From Malacoraja senta (Eukaryota): DNA of 64,000 nt. Shown here in pieces: positions 12,142 through 23,900 of this stretch; within the stretch, counting starts at the first letter, position 1, and each line of letters opens with the position of its first letter. A program made the position numbers and the translations under genes. A model generated the notes under the pieces. That model made no database searches. It saw nothing but the letters and a program-made list of their open reading frames with translations, and was not told the origin of the DNA. The stretch lies in NCBI GenBank assembly GCA_038087875.1, contig CM075978.1, forward strand, positions 174,902,001 through 174,966,000, written 5' to 3'.

Positions 12142-15100
12142 AATGTATTGTTAATTTTATGCGCCCAGCATCTGGAATTTATCCCATTATCTTCATTCAT
12201 TGAACTGCCAGTTTTCATCCAATTTTCTGAAATTAGTGAATTCGTTGTTCAGGTCTAAAGTTTTAGTGCATGCATTTGGAAGATATTTCTTAACGTTTTT
12301 GTGTGACTTTGTTGAGCTAGGACGAGATTCGAAAGAAAGTAAATTGAAAATCTAAGATGGATTAGGATTTGAGGTGACTGGGAACTGGAAATTGAATTAA
12401 CATCTTCATATTGACAGTTTTAGTTTTGGAGATATCGCGTGCAAACGGAGCCTTCAGCCCACCGAGTCGACGGTGATCATCGATCACCGGTATATAGTTC
12501 TCTGTTAGAACACTTTTTCTTTCACTTCCTACACTGGCGGCAATTTACAGAAGCCAATTAGCCTACAAACCTTCACATCCAATGGATGTGCGAGGAGACC
12601 ATATCACTCGAAGAATACCAACGGGGTCACATTGAGATCGTACAAATTCCGCACAGACAACATCCCTGGTTAGGTTCAAACCCGTGTCTCTCGCGTTGTG
12701 AGGCAGCAGCTCTACCGCTGCACCACTGTGCTGCCGCAGCTCTCGTTTGCATTTTGTATTTCCCTAGTAAAATAGACCTCACCCAATATAGTAATTGAAA
12801 TCGGAAATCGCCAAATCTGGCGGGAGTGCGCAGGTCCCCGGATGGTGTAAATGGAAGTTTTGAAAGGGCAAACATTATATTATCTATCGCTGAATGCGAA
12901 GGTATGGTGAGAAGGCAACTAGGTGCACAGGAGAGTGAAGGTGGTTTGTGATGAAATAATGCCTTTGCGATAAAAAGAAAGTAGAGGGAGAACAGTTGTC
13001 AGCTGGTGCCATAACCCCGATGGTCGCTTAAAATACATAGCATGATTCCGTGAGAATAGAGGGTAGTAGGATGGAAGATTACAAGAATAATCCCAGGAAT
13101 GAGTAGGTTAACCTATGATGAGCGTTTGATCGCTGGAGTTGAGAAGAATGAAGGGGGGACTCATTGAAGCATACAGAATAGTGAAAGGGTCGTGAGTGCA
13201 CGTGGGGAGGATGTTTCCACCAGCGGGAGAGTATAGGACTAGAGGTCATAGGCTCAGAAATAAATTAAAAAAAAGTCCGTGGAGGCCGTCAGTGGATATT
13301 TTTTAGGCAGAGATAGATAGATTCTTGGTTGGTACAGGTGTCAGCCGCTATGAGGAGAAGGCAGTAGTATGGGGTTAGAAGGGAGAGATAGATCAGCCAC
13401 GATTGAATGGCGGGTAATTATGATAGGTCGAATGGCCTAATTCTAATCCTATCCTGTAGTCTCAAGTTAGAATTGAACCTGTATATCTGGTGTTGTGAAA
13501 CAGTAGCTCTACTAGATGTGTCGCTGTTGAGCCCAAGTTGGTGATTGCCCTTCTCAATGAACACAAGGCCTGTTAAATCATCCTACTGAATGTTTGTCTG
13601 CCTCGGACTTGCTAAATGGCACTCATTGTTTTATTGGTCTGAGAGTTTCAGGTTAACAATTGAAATAATGGGATTTTTTTCGAACTCATTACTAATGCTT
13701 GCAACACTTAAAATTACTTAAGATTACTTACAGAATATCGGTGAATCTGTGGGATTATTTGCTACAGAAGGCTGTGGAGGCCGCCAGTGGCTATTTTAAA
13801 GGCAGAGATAAATAGATTTTCGATTAATACAGGTGACAGAGGTTAAGGAGAATAGGAAGGAGAATGGGGTTCGGAGGGAGAGATAGTTCAGCCATGGTTG
13901 AATGGCGGAGTAGACTTGATGGACCGAATGGCTTAATTCTACTATTACTTATGACCGAATGACCTTATGGACAAGAAGAAAGCTCTTCTTGTTCAAGGTG
14001 GGTGTCGGAACAAGATTTCAGAGCAGCAGACTGATAAATTGAGCATGCATGGTTGAGGACCAAACTAGGATGGAGGCAAATATTTTGAGGTAAAGGGTGC
14101 TGATAGAAACAGCAATACAGAATGTGCGATTATCAGAAAATGTCAAACAATGTCTCAGAAAACACATATAGATAATGGAGGCCGTTCACCTGGCTGAGTC
14201 GGAGGAAATGGGCTGGAGATAACTGTGGGGGTACGCGGGATTTTTATAGGGATTAATAGCACCCCCCCTACCCCCCACCACCCCCCCCCCCGATGAGTGT
14301 GGAAAATTTGAGTTTGCAAAATGGAAAGCTAATGTAGAGAGAGCATTGTAAAGATTGGTCGAAACGTATTTGCCCAATCTTGCACTGGACGTACTTCCTA
14401 TCCAAACGCAATGGCACAATCTCCTTGCTTTTACGTTAGTTCTTTCTTGATAAATAATAAGGATGCAATTAACTATGTGCCTGCCTTAACTTTAGTTACC
14501 ATTATGAAATACTCTCGATAGGTACCCCCCATTGTATATTTTGTTATTTTGTTTTTATAAATGCAATCGTTTATTCTTGGTAGTCTCTTCATCGTTTGGG
14601 GGTTCATAAGGTACAAACGTTGAATATCAAATTTCCACTTCCCCGCTATTATGAATAATAAGCTCAATCGCAGCTACGGAGACTGTATACTTTTCTCCAG
14701 ACCCAAAACCAACGGTTCGAGTGTTTTATGTGGTTAAATGAAGAAAACAGGTCCTTGGGTTCTGCTAGTCCCTAATTGTACGAAATCTACAGTCGTCCCA
14801 ATTCATTCCCTACACAGTCCCATCAACTCCCCACAAAATGATTTTCACATTAATGACGAATATAGACTCAAAATACTGGAGTAGCTGAACGGGACAGGCA
14901 GCATCATTGGAGAGAAGGAATGGGTGACGTTTCGGGTCGAGACCCTTCTTCAAACTTAATGACTATGTATAATGGCCAATTAACCAACAATCTTGCAAGT
15001 GGTTGAGATTTGGGAAGATGTTAGAGTACCCTAAGAAAGTCACGTGATCACCGTGGGGATATAAAAACTCCAGAGAACACTGGAGGCTAGAATTGATCCA

Positions 15101-15929
15101 GGGTCTCTGCAGATGTGAAACAGCAGATTTACTAACTGCGAAGATGTGCCAGGAGTGGATCCAGAGTGTCACTTTCTCGGGATGGTATAACGTGACTAAC
15201 GTCTATATTGTTCAAACCATTTTGAAAGCTGGGATAGTGCACGTGTAACATTTCGATGGTGAATCAATGATTGGTTCGCCAAACCCTCTCAGAGATATAT
15301 CACAACTCAGAATACTTCTGATCTCGTGTTGATAAATGAATCCTATCGACTGCAGTTATCTTTCCAAAATAAGTCTGTCTATAGTTCAATTAAATAGGCT
15401 TTACGACATCAAAGGTCCCAACACGAAGAAGACAGACCCGAAACGTAGAATCATTTATTTTTCCGAATACAAAGTACATTACAGATCGTGCGCGAGAAAT
15501 CGTGTTTATTATGCCCAGTGGAATTCATTTTTGGTGTTTTCACTCCAGGTATTTCGTTTCCTTAAAGTTTATATTTTGATTGCCGGAAAGTTGGAGGATT
15601 CCCCCCTGTCACCAGTGACACGGCGGAACGAGGAGATGGGGTGACAAGCGCATCCGTGCAATGTCAAAATAGTATGTAGACATCAAATATGAAGGAGAAA
15701 CAAAGGAAAATGTTTGAGATTCGCAACTATCAGACAGTATATATGAAGAGTAAAACAAAGCTCAGTCCTTTTTAAATGCTACTGATCGATTTTTTTTTTA
15801 AATTTAGAATTAAGGATGAAGTTTCAGGTACTTGGCACATGATAAAATATGCAGACGTCAGCATGATTTTGTTAAGGGGGGATCTTGCCTGACCAATCTT
15901 TGGGGGGGGGGGGGGGGTTGGGGAGATAA

Positions 15930-16360
15930 CAAGCGGGATGGACGAGAGAGAGAGTCAATGAGCGTCGTTTACTTTGAATTTCAGTAGGCCTTTGATAAGG
16001 TGCCCTATGTGAGGCAGCTAAACAAAATAGAAGCACATGGCATTAGGGGCAAGTAATTAGCACGGATTGAAGATTGGCTGGCTGGCAGAAGGCAAACCAT
16101 GGCAATAAAGGGGGCTTTTGTGGTTAGCTACGTTTTAATAGTGGTATTCTGCAGGGGTCGGTGTTGAGTCTGCTACATTTTACATTATATGTTAATTGTC
16201 TGGATGATGAAATTGATGGCTTTGTCGGCAGGTTTTCCGATGAAATGAAGATAGGTGCAGAAAGTGTTGAAGAAGCAGGGAGTCTGCAGAAGGACTTGGA
16301 CAGCGGGAGCGTGGGTGTAAACAAGTGGCAGATGGAATACTGTGTAGCAAAGTCATGCAT
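15930..16360 (+). mobile_element. Degraded CR1 RT fragment
   Basis: Recognisable AFDKVP, GSVL and FSDE-like remnants with stops. Confidence 0.7.
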
Positions 16361-16479
16361 TTGAGAGAAGAGAGAAAATGTAGAATCCGTCGTGTAATTC
16401 CCTGCTTCGTGTAATCTGATTATAAAATGAAGTTAACCTCTCTGAAAAATTCTAATATTCAGCTTTCATTTCCCTTTAG

Positions 16480-16590
16480 GAACAAGCGTTAAACTCATCT
16501 GCTTTCGGGCGGGTGAATTTGCCATATGTGTTTTAATTATTCTAGCGCTGGTATTTTTTGTCAGGCGGTACGAATTAGGCAGTACTGAAG
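16480..16590 (+). CDS. Gene A transmembrane exon GTSVKLICFRAGEFAICVLIILALVFFVRRYELGSTE
   Basis: Acceptor tccctttag|, donor AAG|GTAAGA, 111 nt phase 1-1. Hydrophobic stretch followed by an RR stop-transfer; the RAG motif is shared with the gene B TM. Confidence 0.85.
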
Positions 16591-17519
16591 GTAAGATGCG
16601 ACTTTACCCTTGTCTGAAATTAGCGACATAAGGAACTGCAGATGCTGGAATAATTCGGCTATTTATGTAGTATCTGGAGAGGCAATGGATAGGGGGGTTT
16701 GCGTTTGAGTCACATGTAAGGAAGGGTCCCGACCCGAAACTTCATCTATCGATGATCCCCGTAGACGATGCCTAACCCGCTGAATGACTACAACACTTCG
16801 TGTTTTCTCCGAAAATAGCATTTCAATTGAAGGAGCAACGAGATGAGCTCATGTAACAAATAAAACAACAGGGCCTTTTTCTCCGGCCGTAGCATTATGT
16901 GGATAACAACATTTTAACCCGTTTAAGCCGTTGGCTGTAAAAACATTGTTATCGTTTGTAAAACAAGATGGCGCTGTAAACACTATGTGAAATGCTGCAG
17001 ATGTCGGGTTGTTTAAATAAGTTCAGTTATCACAGGAAAGCGTACTCAAACCAGAGGTTTTGAACTTTCCGCGTGCTTTTCCTCAGCAGTAGGACTAACG
17101 AGGAGAGGATTTGTTCAAATAACAAAACTAGCATGACCGCAATGATCATATTCTGCAGCCGAACGAATCTGGTCACAACTAGATTCTCAACTGATTATCG
17201 GCCGGCAGGTTGTGACATGTTGATAATTCAATTTGGTCGTTTATGTTCTCTGCTAGCCCCAGAAAATATTGAGGACATAACCCACTACTTTGAAAACACG
17301 TGATTTTCTTGATGGTATTACAAGATATAACCTGTCGTATTATGTTCTGCAAATGGACGCCCGTAATTATAATCACATTAATGGGCGAACAGGATGGTTC
17401 CATTTTACGTGGAACTCTCTATGTGCCTCGTTTGCAATTTTCATTATCCACCCGTATTCTTATGATATAGTCCATGATCGTCAGTGACGTGCGTTTGCTT
17501 ATCTTTCTCCCAAACAGTT

Positions 17520-18045
17520 ACATAGAAACATATAAAATAGGTGCAGTAGTAGGCCATTTGACCCTTCGAGCCAGCACCGTATTTTAATATGATCATGGCT
17601 CATCATCCAGAATCAGTACCCTGTACCTGCTTTCTCCCCATATCGCTAGATCCTAGAGCTAAATCCAACTCTCTCTTGAATACATCCAGTGAATTGGCCC
17701 CCACTGCTTTCTGTGGCAGATAATTCCACAGATTCACAACTCTCTGGGTGAAAACGTTTTTCCTCATCTCAGTCCTAAATGGCCTACCACTTATTCTTAA
17801 ACTATGACCCTTGGTTCTGGACTTCCCCAACACGGGGAACATTTTCCTGCATCTAGCCTGTCCAATCCCTTAATAGTTTTATATGTTTTTATGATATCCT
17901 CTCATCCTTCTAAATTCCAGTGAATACAAGCCCAGTCGATCCATTCTTTCATCATATGTCAGTCACGCCATCCCGGAAATTAAACTGGTGAACCTCCGCT
18001 GCACTCTCACAATAGCAAGAATGTCCTTCCTCAAACTAGGACACC
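17520..18045 (-). mobile_element. CR1 3' fragment
   Basis: CATAGAAACATA tail and the MFPVLGKSRTKGHSLRI peptide. Confidence 0.85.
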
Positions 18046-18625
18046 TAATACCTGCATGCTTACTTTCAGTCTATGTCTAAGAAAGAACTGTGGATGCTGG
18101 AAAAATCGAAGGTAGTCAAAAATGCTAGATAAACTCAGCGGGTGAGGCAGCATCTATGAAGAGAAGCAATAGGCGACGTTTCGGGACGAGACCCTTCTTC
18201 AGACTGATCATACTGAAGAAGGGCCTCGACCCGAAACGCCGCCTATTCTCTACCTTCAGTTCATGTCTAATCCGTCTGTGTCAAGCGAAGCATCCGTAAA
18301 GCATCATCACCGAAGCCCAGCCTGTTCCAATTCTGAGCCCAGAAATCGCGCCACCTGGATATTTTCCCAGAAGTTATCATCCAACAAACTTTCGGTCAGT
18401 GTTCTGCACCATGCGTTTCACGATTTGGCTAATAGTCACTAATTATTCAGGAAAACCAATTAGATACGAGTTGCTTCAATTACTTTTTAGGAATCTTATC
18501 ACAGGGAAGTAGCCATATATAGCGTATATCATACCCAACTTTCACCCCATTGTTTTATGTTTGCTCGTCTTCGCAGTTGTTTGTAAATGCTGAGTTTATT
18601 TCCCTTCAAATAAATGTTCCCTCAG

Positions 18626-18712
18626 AATCCAACGTACGCAGATTTGAACTTCAGCGGACAGAAGAAAACTGAGAAAAACAGACGGGACGAAAAACAAACT
18701 GCCTGTGCCCAG
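18626..18712 (+). CDS. Gene A cytoplasmic exon with ITIM-like PTYADL
   Basis: Acceptor ccctcag|, donor CAG|GTAAGA, 87 nt phase 0: NPTYADLNFSGQKKTEKNRRDEKQTACAQ. Confidence 0.8.
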
Positions 18713-18809
18713 GTAAGATAAAAGCGGGAGGGTGCTCCAAGGAACATTCGCGTACGTCGCCCATATAGGCGAATCGGCAGCTCATGATCTCTGATTATTT
18801 TTTCGATAG

Positions 18810-18974
18810 GTCAAAGAAGTGTCTGAAAATAAACTGACTTACGCAACTCTGGATCTCATCGCTTCTCCGAAAGATCCAAGAACGGAGAAGAATAATGTAA
18901 CAGAATATGCAGGAATGAAGATTTTAAAATGGCTGCGAAATCATCAAACGTTCATTAAAGGTCATCCAATTTAA
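18810..18974 (+). CDS. Gene A terminal exon with ITIM LTYATL and ITSM-like TEYAGM
   Basis: Acceptor ttttttcgatag|, phase 0: VKEVSENKLTYATLDLIASPKDPRTEKNNVTEYAGMKILKWLRNHQTFIKGHPI-stop (TAA 18972-18974); 97-bp intron upstream. Confidence 0.85.
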   Translation, partial: VKEVSENKLTYATLDLIASPKDPRTEKNNVTEYAGMKILKWLRNHQTFIKGHPI

Positions 18975-19409
18975 ATTACATAAACCTGACTAACATTATG
19001 TCACAGATCGCACAGATACATTAGCATTTACAAGAGAATCAGCAGTGAGCAGGGGATTTTAATGAGATGTTCTACTCTGATAAACGTTACTCTCGTTAAC
19101 GTCGATAGAATTACGATTAATTATCAGACTCTCGTCGCAATTCCTAACTAACCACATAAGACCCTTATCTATCCACTTTTATCCCATCTAAGTGCTTGTG
19201 GAAATGCCAGCTAAAGGGTGTGTTTGTGTCTGCCTCCACCAACTCCTTGCCAGCTCGCCCATGGTAGTCACCATATTGTGCGTACATAATTATCTCACTC
19301 TATTCCACTCATCTCATCTGAAGCATACGCTCATCAGTTAAATATTTCTCCACTATATTAAGAAAAAGACTGAATATCTATCCTGCCTGTACTCCCCATA
19401 CTTTAAGAA

Positions 19410-19950
19410 AATTGAACAGGTGCACCGTAGAAAGCATCGTATCGGGATGTATCCCAGCTGGTTTGGAAATAGCTCCATCCAAGACCGCAAGAAATTGCAG
19501 AGAATTGTGGAACAGCCCAGACCATCACGCAAACCACCTCCCTGCCATTGACACCATCTACATTCCACGCTGCCTCGTAAAGCCACCAGCATAATCAAAG
19601 ATGGTCTCAACCCGGACACTCCCTCCTCTCCTCTCTCCCATCAGTCAAAGGGATTACAAAAGTATGAAAACGCACAGTGCAGATTCAGTGACAGTTTCTT
19701 TCCAGCTGTTATCAGGCAACTGGACCATCCTACCACCAACTAGCGAGCGGTCTTGTGGTCACCTTCGGACTATCTTTAATCGTACTTTACTGGACTTGCA
19801 CTAAACTGAACTCCCTTTATCCTGTATCTGTACACTGTTGTGGCTTGAATGTAATCATGTACAGTCTTTCCGCTGATTGGATAGCCCACGACAGAAAAGA
19901 TTTTCACTGTACCTCGGTACACGTGACAATAAACTAAATTAAAATAAACT
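19410..19950 (+). mobile_element. Rex1/Babar-like LINE 3' end
   Basis: RCTVESIVSGCI...RKKLQR remnant plus a 3' UTR ending GTACACGTGACAATAAACTAAA; a similar 3' end lies at about 7800-8110. Confidence 0.75.
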
Positions 19951-20650
19951 AAACGTTCCGATGCGAATAAACCCATCACTCTTAACCTCTATTTATAACA
20001 GAGGTTATGTCTGGCGAATGGCTCCTGCACTCTCCTGATCCCTTTAAACATAATCATGCCATCGCCAAAGGTAAATCAGCTAAAGCCAGGCAGAGTCGTC
20101 AAATAGAAATAGTCCCAATTGTGCGTTAGCCCTACTGTTCATTACGTCGACGAAATTGAGTTCTCATTAAACAAAGAAGATGATGTTTTCGGAATAAAAT
20201 TGCCTCTTTAGATCTACCTTTACCTGTTGTCTTTCCACACACCCGTCAATGCGCTCTGTTCCAAGCTACTGTCATATTCCAAGACGCATTCAGGGTGCGT
20301 CTTTAAGTTCCTTCGATAACTGCCAATCTTTAGTAGGAAAAATAGACGTAATCAATGAATGGAAAATAAAGAGGCCGTATTACAGATTCACAATTATACA
20401 GTCGGACACAAAAAGATCTTCATACAATGGAGACACAACTGTCTGGAACCTTGAGCAAAAAATGGAGTGTCGGAGTGTCTATTCCGCAGGCCAGACAGCT
20501 TATGTGAAAGGGAAGGGAAGACGGGCCCTTCTTCAGCTCTGCACATAAAATATCAAATTGCTCAAGTAGAATTATTTAACTTTATATTTTCATTTTGATA
20601 TGCAGCTGAAGAATTAGCAATGTACATTCTTTGAAACCTGTCATATGAGT

Positions 20651-20678
20651 CTGAAGAAGGGTCTCGACCCGAAACGTC
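20651..20678 (+). ncRNA. Minimal type-I hammerhead ribozyme core in a Penelope-type short repeat
   Basis: CTGAAGA-AGGGTCTCGACCC-GAAACGTC matches CUGANGA, stem II, GAAA, palindromic ACGU and a GUC cleavage triplet. Confidence 0.7.
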
Positions 20679-20865
20679 ACCCATTCCTTCTCTCCAGAGA
20701 TGCTGCCTGTCCCGCTGAGTTACTCCAGCATTTTGAGTCACGACTCTTGGTCTATCGTGCAGGGATTTTGCTAAATTGGTCCATTTTTATGGCATTAGTG
20801 TCACCTGCATAACCCATTTGTTCATATTCCATTCCTCAATTCTCACGTTCAAGGCATGCACAGTC

Positions 20866-21430
20866 AATAGACAATAGACAATAGGTGCAGGAGTGGGCCA
20901 TTTGACCCTTCGAGCCACCGACGTTCAATGTGATCATGGCTGATCATCCCCAATCAGTACCCCCGTTCCTGTCTTCTCCCCATATCCCCTGACTCCGCTA
21001 TTTTTAAGAGCCCTATCTAGCTCCCTCTTGAAAGCATCCAGAGAACCTGCCTCCACCGCCCTCTGAGGCAGAGAATTCCACAGACTCACCACCCTCTGTG
21101 AGAAAAAGTGTTTCCTCGTCTCCGTTCTAAATGGCTTACTCCTTGTTCTTAAACTATGCCCCCTGGTTCTGGACTCCCCCAACATCGGGAACATGTTTCC
21201 GGCCTCTAGCGTGTCCAAGCCCTTAATAATCTTATATGTTTCAATGAGATCTCCTCTCATCCTTCTAAACTCCAGAGTGTACAAGCCCAGCTGCTCCATT
21301 CTCTCAGCATATGACCGTCCCGCCATCCCGGGAATTAACCTTGTAAACCTACGCTGCACTCCCTCAATAGCAAGAATGTCCTTCCTCAAATTAGGGGACC
21401 AAAACTGCACACAATACCACAGGTGTGGTC
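20866..21430 (-). mobile_element. CR1 3' fragment, (CTATTGT)n-tailed subfamily
   Basis: ORF 20934-21449 RPHLWYCVQFW...GHSLR; tail AATAGACAATAGAC on the + strand. Confidence 0.88.
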
Positions 21431-22738
21431 TCACTAAGGCTCTGTACAACGGCAGAAGGGCCTCTTTGTTCCAGTCAGATGGCCAATTAATGGTATACTT
21501 TGAACGGAGGAAGTGCCATTATCCTCCATTATGACTGACAATTAAACCACGTGAGGAGCATTATGTGCAATTCTGGTCGACAGGGTGGGTCTATTTACGC
21601 TGGTCATAGTGCAGAGGTGATTCAGTGGTCTGTTGCCTAGATTAGAACATTTTAGTTATGAGGTGAAATTTGATCGAATTGGAATGTATTCCTCGAGCCT
21701 ACGAGGCAGAGTGATGAACTGCTGCACGTATGTCAAATTATTGGAGGCATAGACAGTGACGACAGTCAGTATCTTTTCCAATTCAAGTCATATAGGAATC
21801 AAGAAGGCAGAGACAATATGCAACACTCAATTGACGAGGAAACGCCGACATGTCCCGTAGTCAAAAGTATTAACCGTTTTCGTATGTACCCGGCTTCTAC
21901 TCGTGCCGATGAAGTCATTGACCCAAGACCAGCATGAGCGGTCTAACTTGAAGAGTCTATTTTTAATTAGGAAGCATTTGAAACGTTTCATGTTCGATAA
22001 TATATGACCCCTGAGTAAAAAACATCTCCACGTCAGTTCAATGCAGATCCTTACGTTTGTTAATGGGCAAGGTGTATGATCTGAAAGATGAATCCTAATG
22101 GTAAATTTCATAACTGGAATTGTCGCTTGATTGGGTTCAAAGGAGCATTTATTTGAGTCAGTAATAGCTTGAAACAATCCACATTGTTTGCAGAATATCC
22201 GAGTAAATTTGTTTATTTTTAATCTATAAGGAATGCATGGATCCATAAATAAACTGAACAAAATCCACCAAATACAGAACTCCCGGCGTTAGTACCTGAA
22301 TATACCAGAGCATTTGAAAATATGACTGCCTCGACACTAAATATTCCTGCGAATTTTTCAGAGTGTGGTAGATTACAATTTTACAGTTTGGTTTATGTTT
22401 CCTGTATTGATGTCCATTCCTTCTACCACGCGTTCAGGTCGACGATGTGTTGTATGTAAAATAGTGTTTCATAAGAAAGATCGTCGTCAATTCATTTCAG
22501 CTTTTGCTTTGACAGCTGTGTCTCAGTAACTACGCCACCAAAATAAATGCATGGATCCATAAATAAAGACAATGCATTCCGTAACACTGAATTGAAAATA
22601 AATATCCTCTCTCAGCTCTCGAACAATTTATTGGTAAATTATCCCTGATCAGCTTGATTTCATCTTGTTTAATTCCTTTTATCTTCAAATTTATTCAGTA
22701 TTTCGTGACTAAGAAATTATATGATGTTTCAGCTTCTA

Positions 22739-22883
22739 NNNNNNNNNNNNNNNNNNNNNNNNNNNNNNNNNNNNNNNNNNNNNNNNNNNNNNNNNNNNNN
22801 NNNNNNNNNNNNNNNNNNNNNNNNNNNNNNNNNNNNNNNNNNNNNNNNNNNNNNNNNNNNNNNNNNNNNNNNNNNNNNNNNNN
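22739..22883. other. Assembly gap (145 N)
   Basis: Run of N. Confidence 1.
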
Positions 22884-23169
22884 GCATTTAACTTTCGATT
22901 TCATAAATGCACTCCTCTCTAGATTTGGTCAATTATTTCCCCAGATTTTGAATAAAATTGTTCACAAACTGCTGGCATGAGTCAATGCCACCTCACAGAT
23001 GTCCAATCACAATGGACCTCATTTACGTATATGACATCACAATGGGACAGGTGTGGGAGATTGGAACCTTCACGTGGTCCCACTAAAATCAAACTGCTGC
23101 ATGAGTCAGTGCTATGTCACAGATGTCTAATAACATGCATCTCATTTACATATGCCATCACAATGGGAC

Positions 23170-23900
23170 AGGGGGTGGGAGATCTCTCCCCTTCCCTCCC
23201 TCCCCTTCCACCCCCGTGCCTATTCCCCCACTCCCCCCTTCTCTCTCTCCCCCTCTCTCTCCCCCTTCCTCTCTCTCTCTCTCTCTCTCTCTCCCTTCCC
23301 TCTCTCCCCCTCCTCTCTCCACCCCTCCTCTCTCTCCCCCCCTCCACTCACTCCCTCTCCTCTCTCTCCCACCACTCTTCTCTCCAGCTCCCCCCTCCCC
23401 CTCTTCCTCCGCCCTCTTCCTCCCCCTCTCCCCCTCTTCTCCCCTCACCCCTCTCCTCTCGCCTCCCCCCTCTTCCCCTCTCCTCTCCCCGCCCCTTCCC
23501 CCACCGCTCTCTGCCCCCCTCACCCATCCTCCCCCCTCCCCCTCTACCGCCCGCCTCCCCCCTACCCCTGTCTCCCCCCTTCACCCCTCCCCGCTCTCCT
23601 CCCCTCCCCATACTCACCCCCCTCCCCTCTCCCTTCCCCCTCCCCTCTCCTCCCCCTCCCCACTCTCTCCCCATCTCCCTCCCCATTCTCTCCCCATCTC
23701 CCCCCTCCCCCTCCCACTCTCTCCCCATCTCCCTCTCCCCGCCTACCCCCCCACCTTCCCACCCTCACCCACCCATCCTCTCCTCCTCCCCTCCACCCCC
23801 CTCTCTCTCTCTGTCTCTTGCACTTCTGTCTCTGCCCCTCTCTCTCTCTGTCTCTCCCCATTCTCTCTCTGCCCTCACTCTCTACCACCCACCCTCTCTA
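23170..23900 (+). repeat. About 730-bp C/T-rich low-complexity tract
   Basis: Almost purely pyrimidine on the + strand; it generates the spurious Pro/Ser/Leu and Gly/Glu/Arg ORFs at 22977-24005. Confidence 0.95.

Larger units (their letters stand above)
5061..18974 (+). pseudogene. Gene A: non-rearranging VJ-C1 Ig-superfamily receptor (NKp30-like V and TM, SIRPalpha-like ITIM/ITSM tail); disrupted as assembled
   Basis: Exons reconstructed by hand: leader 5061-5115, V 5311-5634, C1 8660-8939, TM 16480-16590, tail 18626-18712 and 18810-18974. The ectodomain and TM exons are phase 1-1 as in IgSF genes. Lesions: non-GT dinucleotide at the expected V donor and a +1 frameshift in C1. A phase 1-to-0 linking exon between TM and tail was not found. 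Confidence 0.75.
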
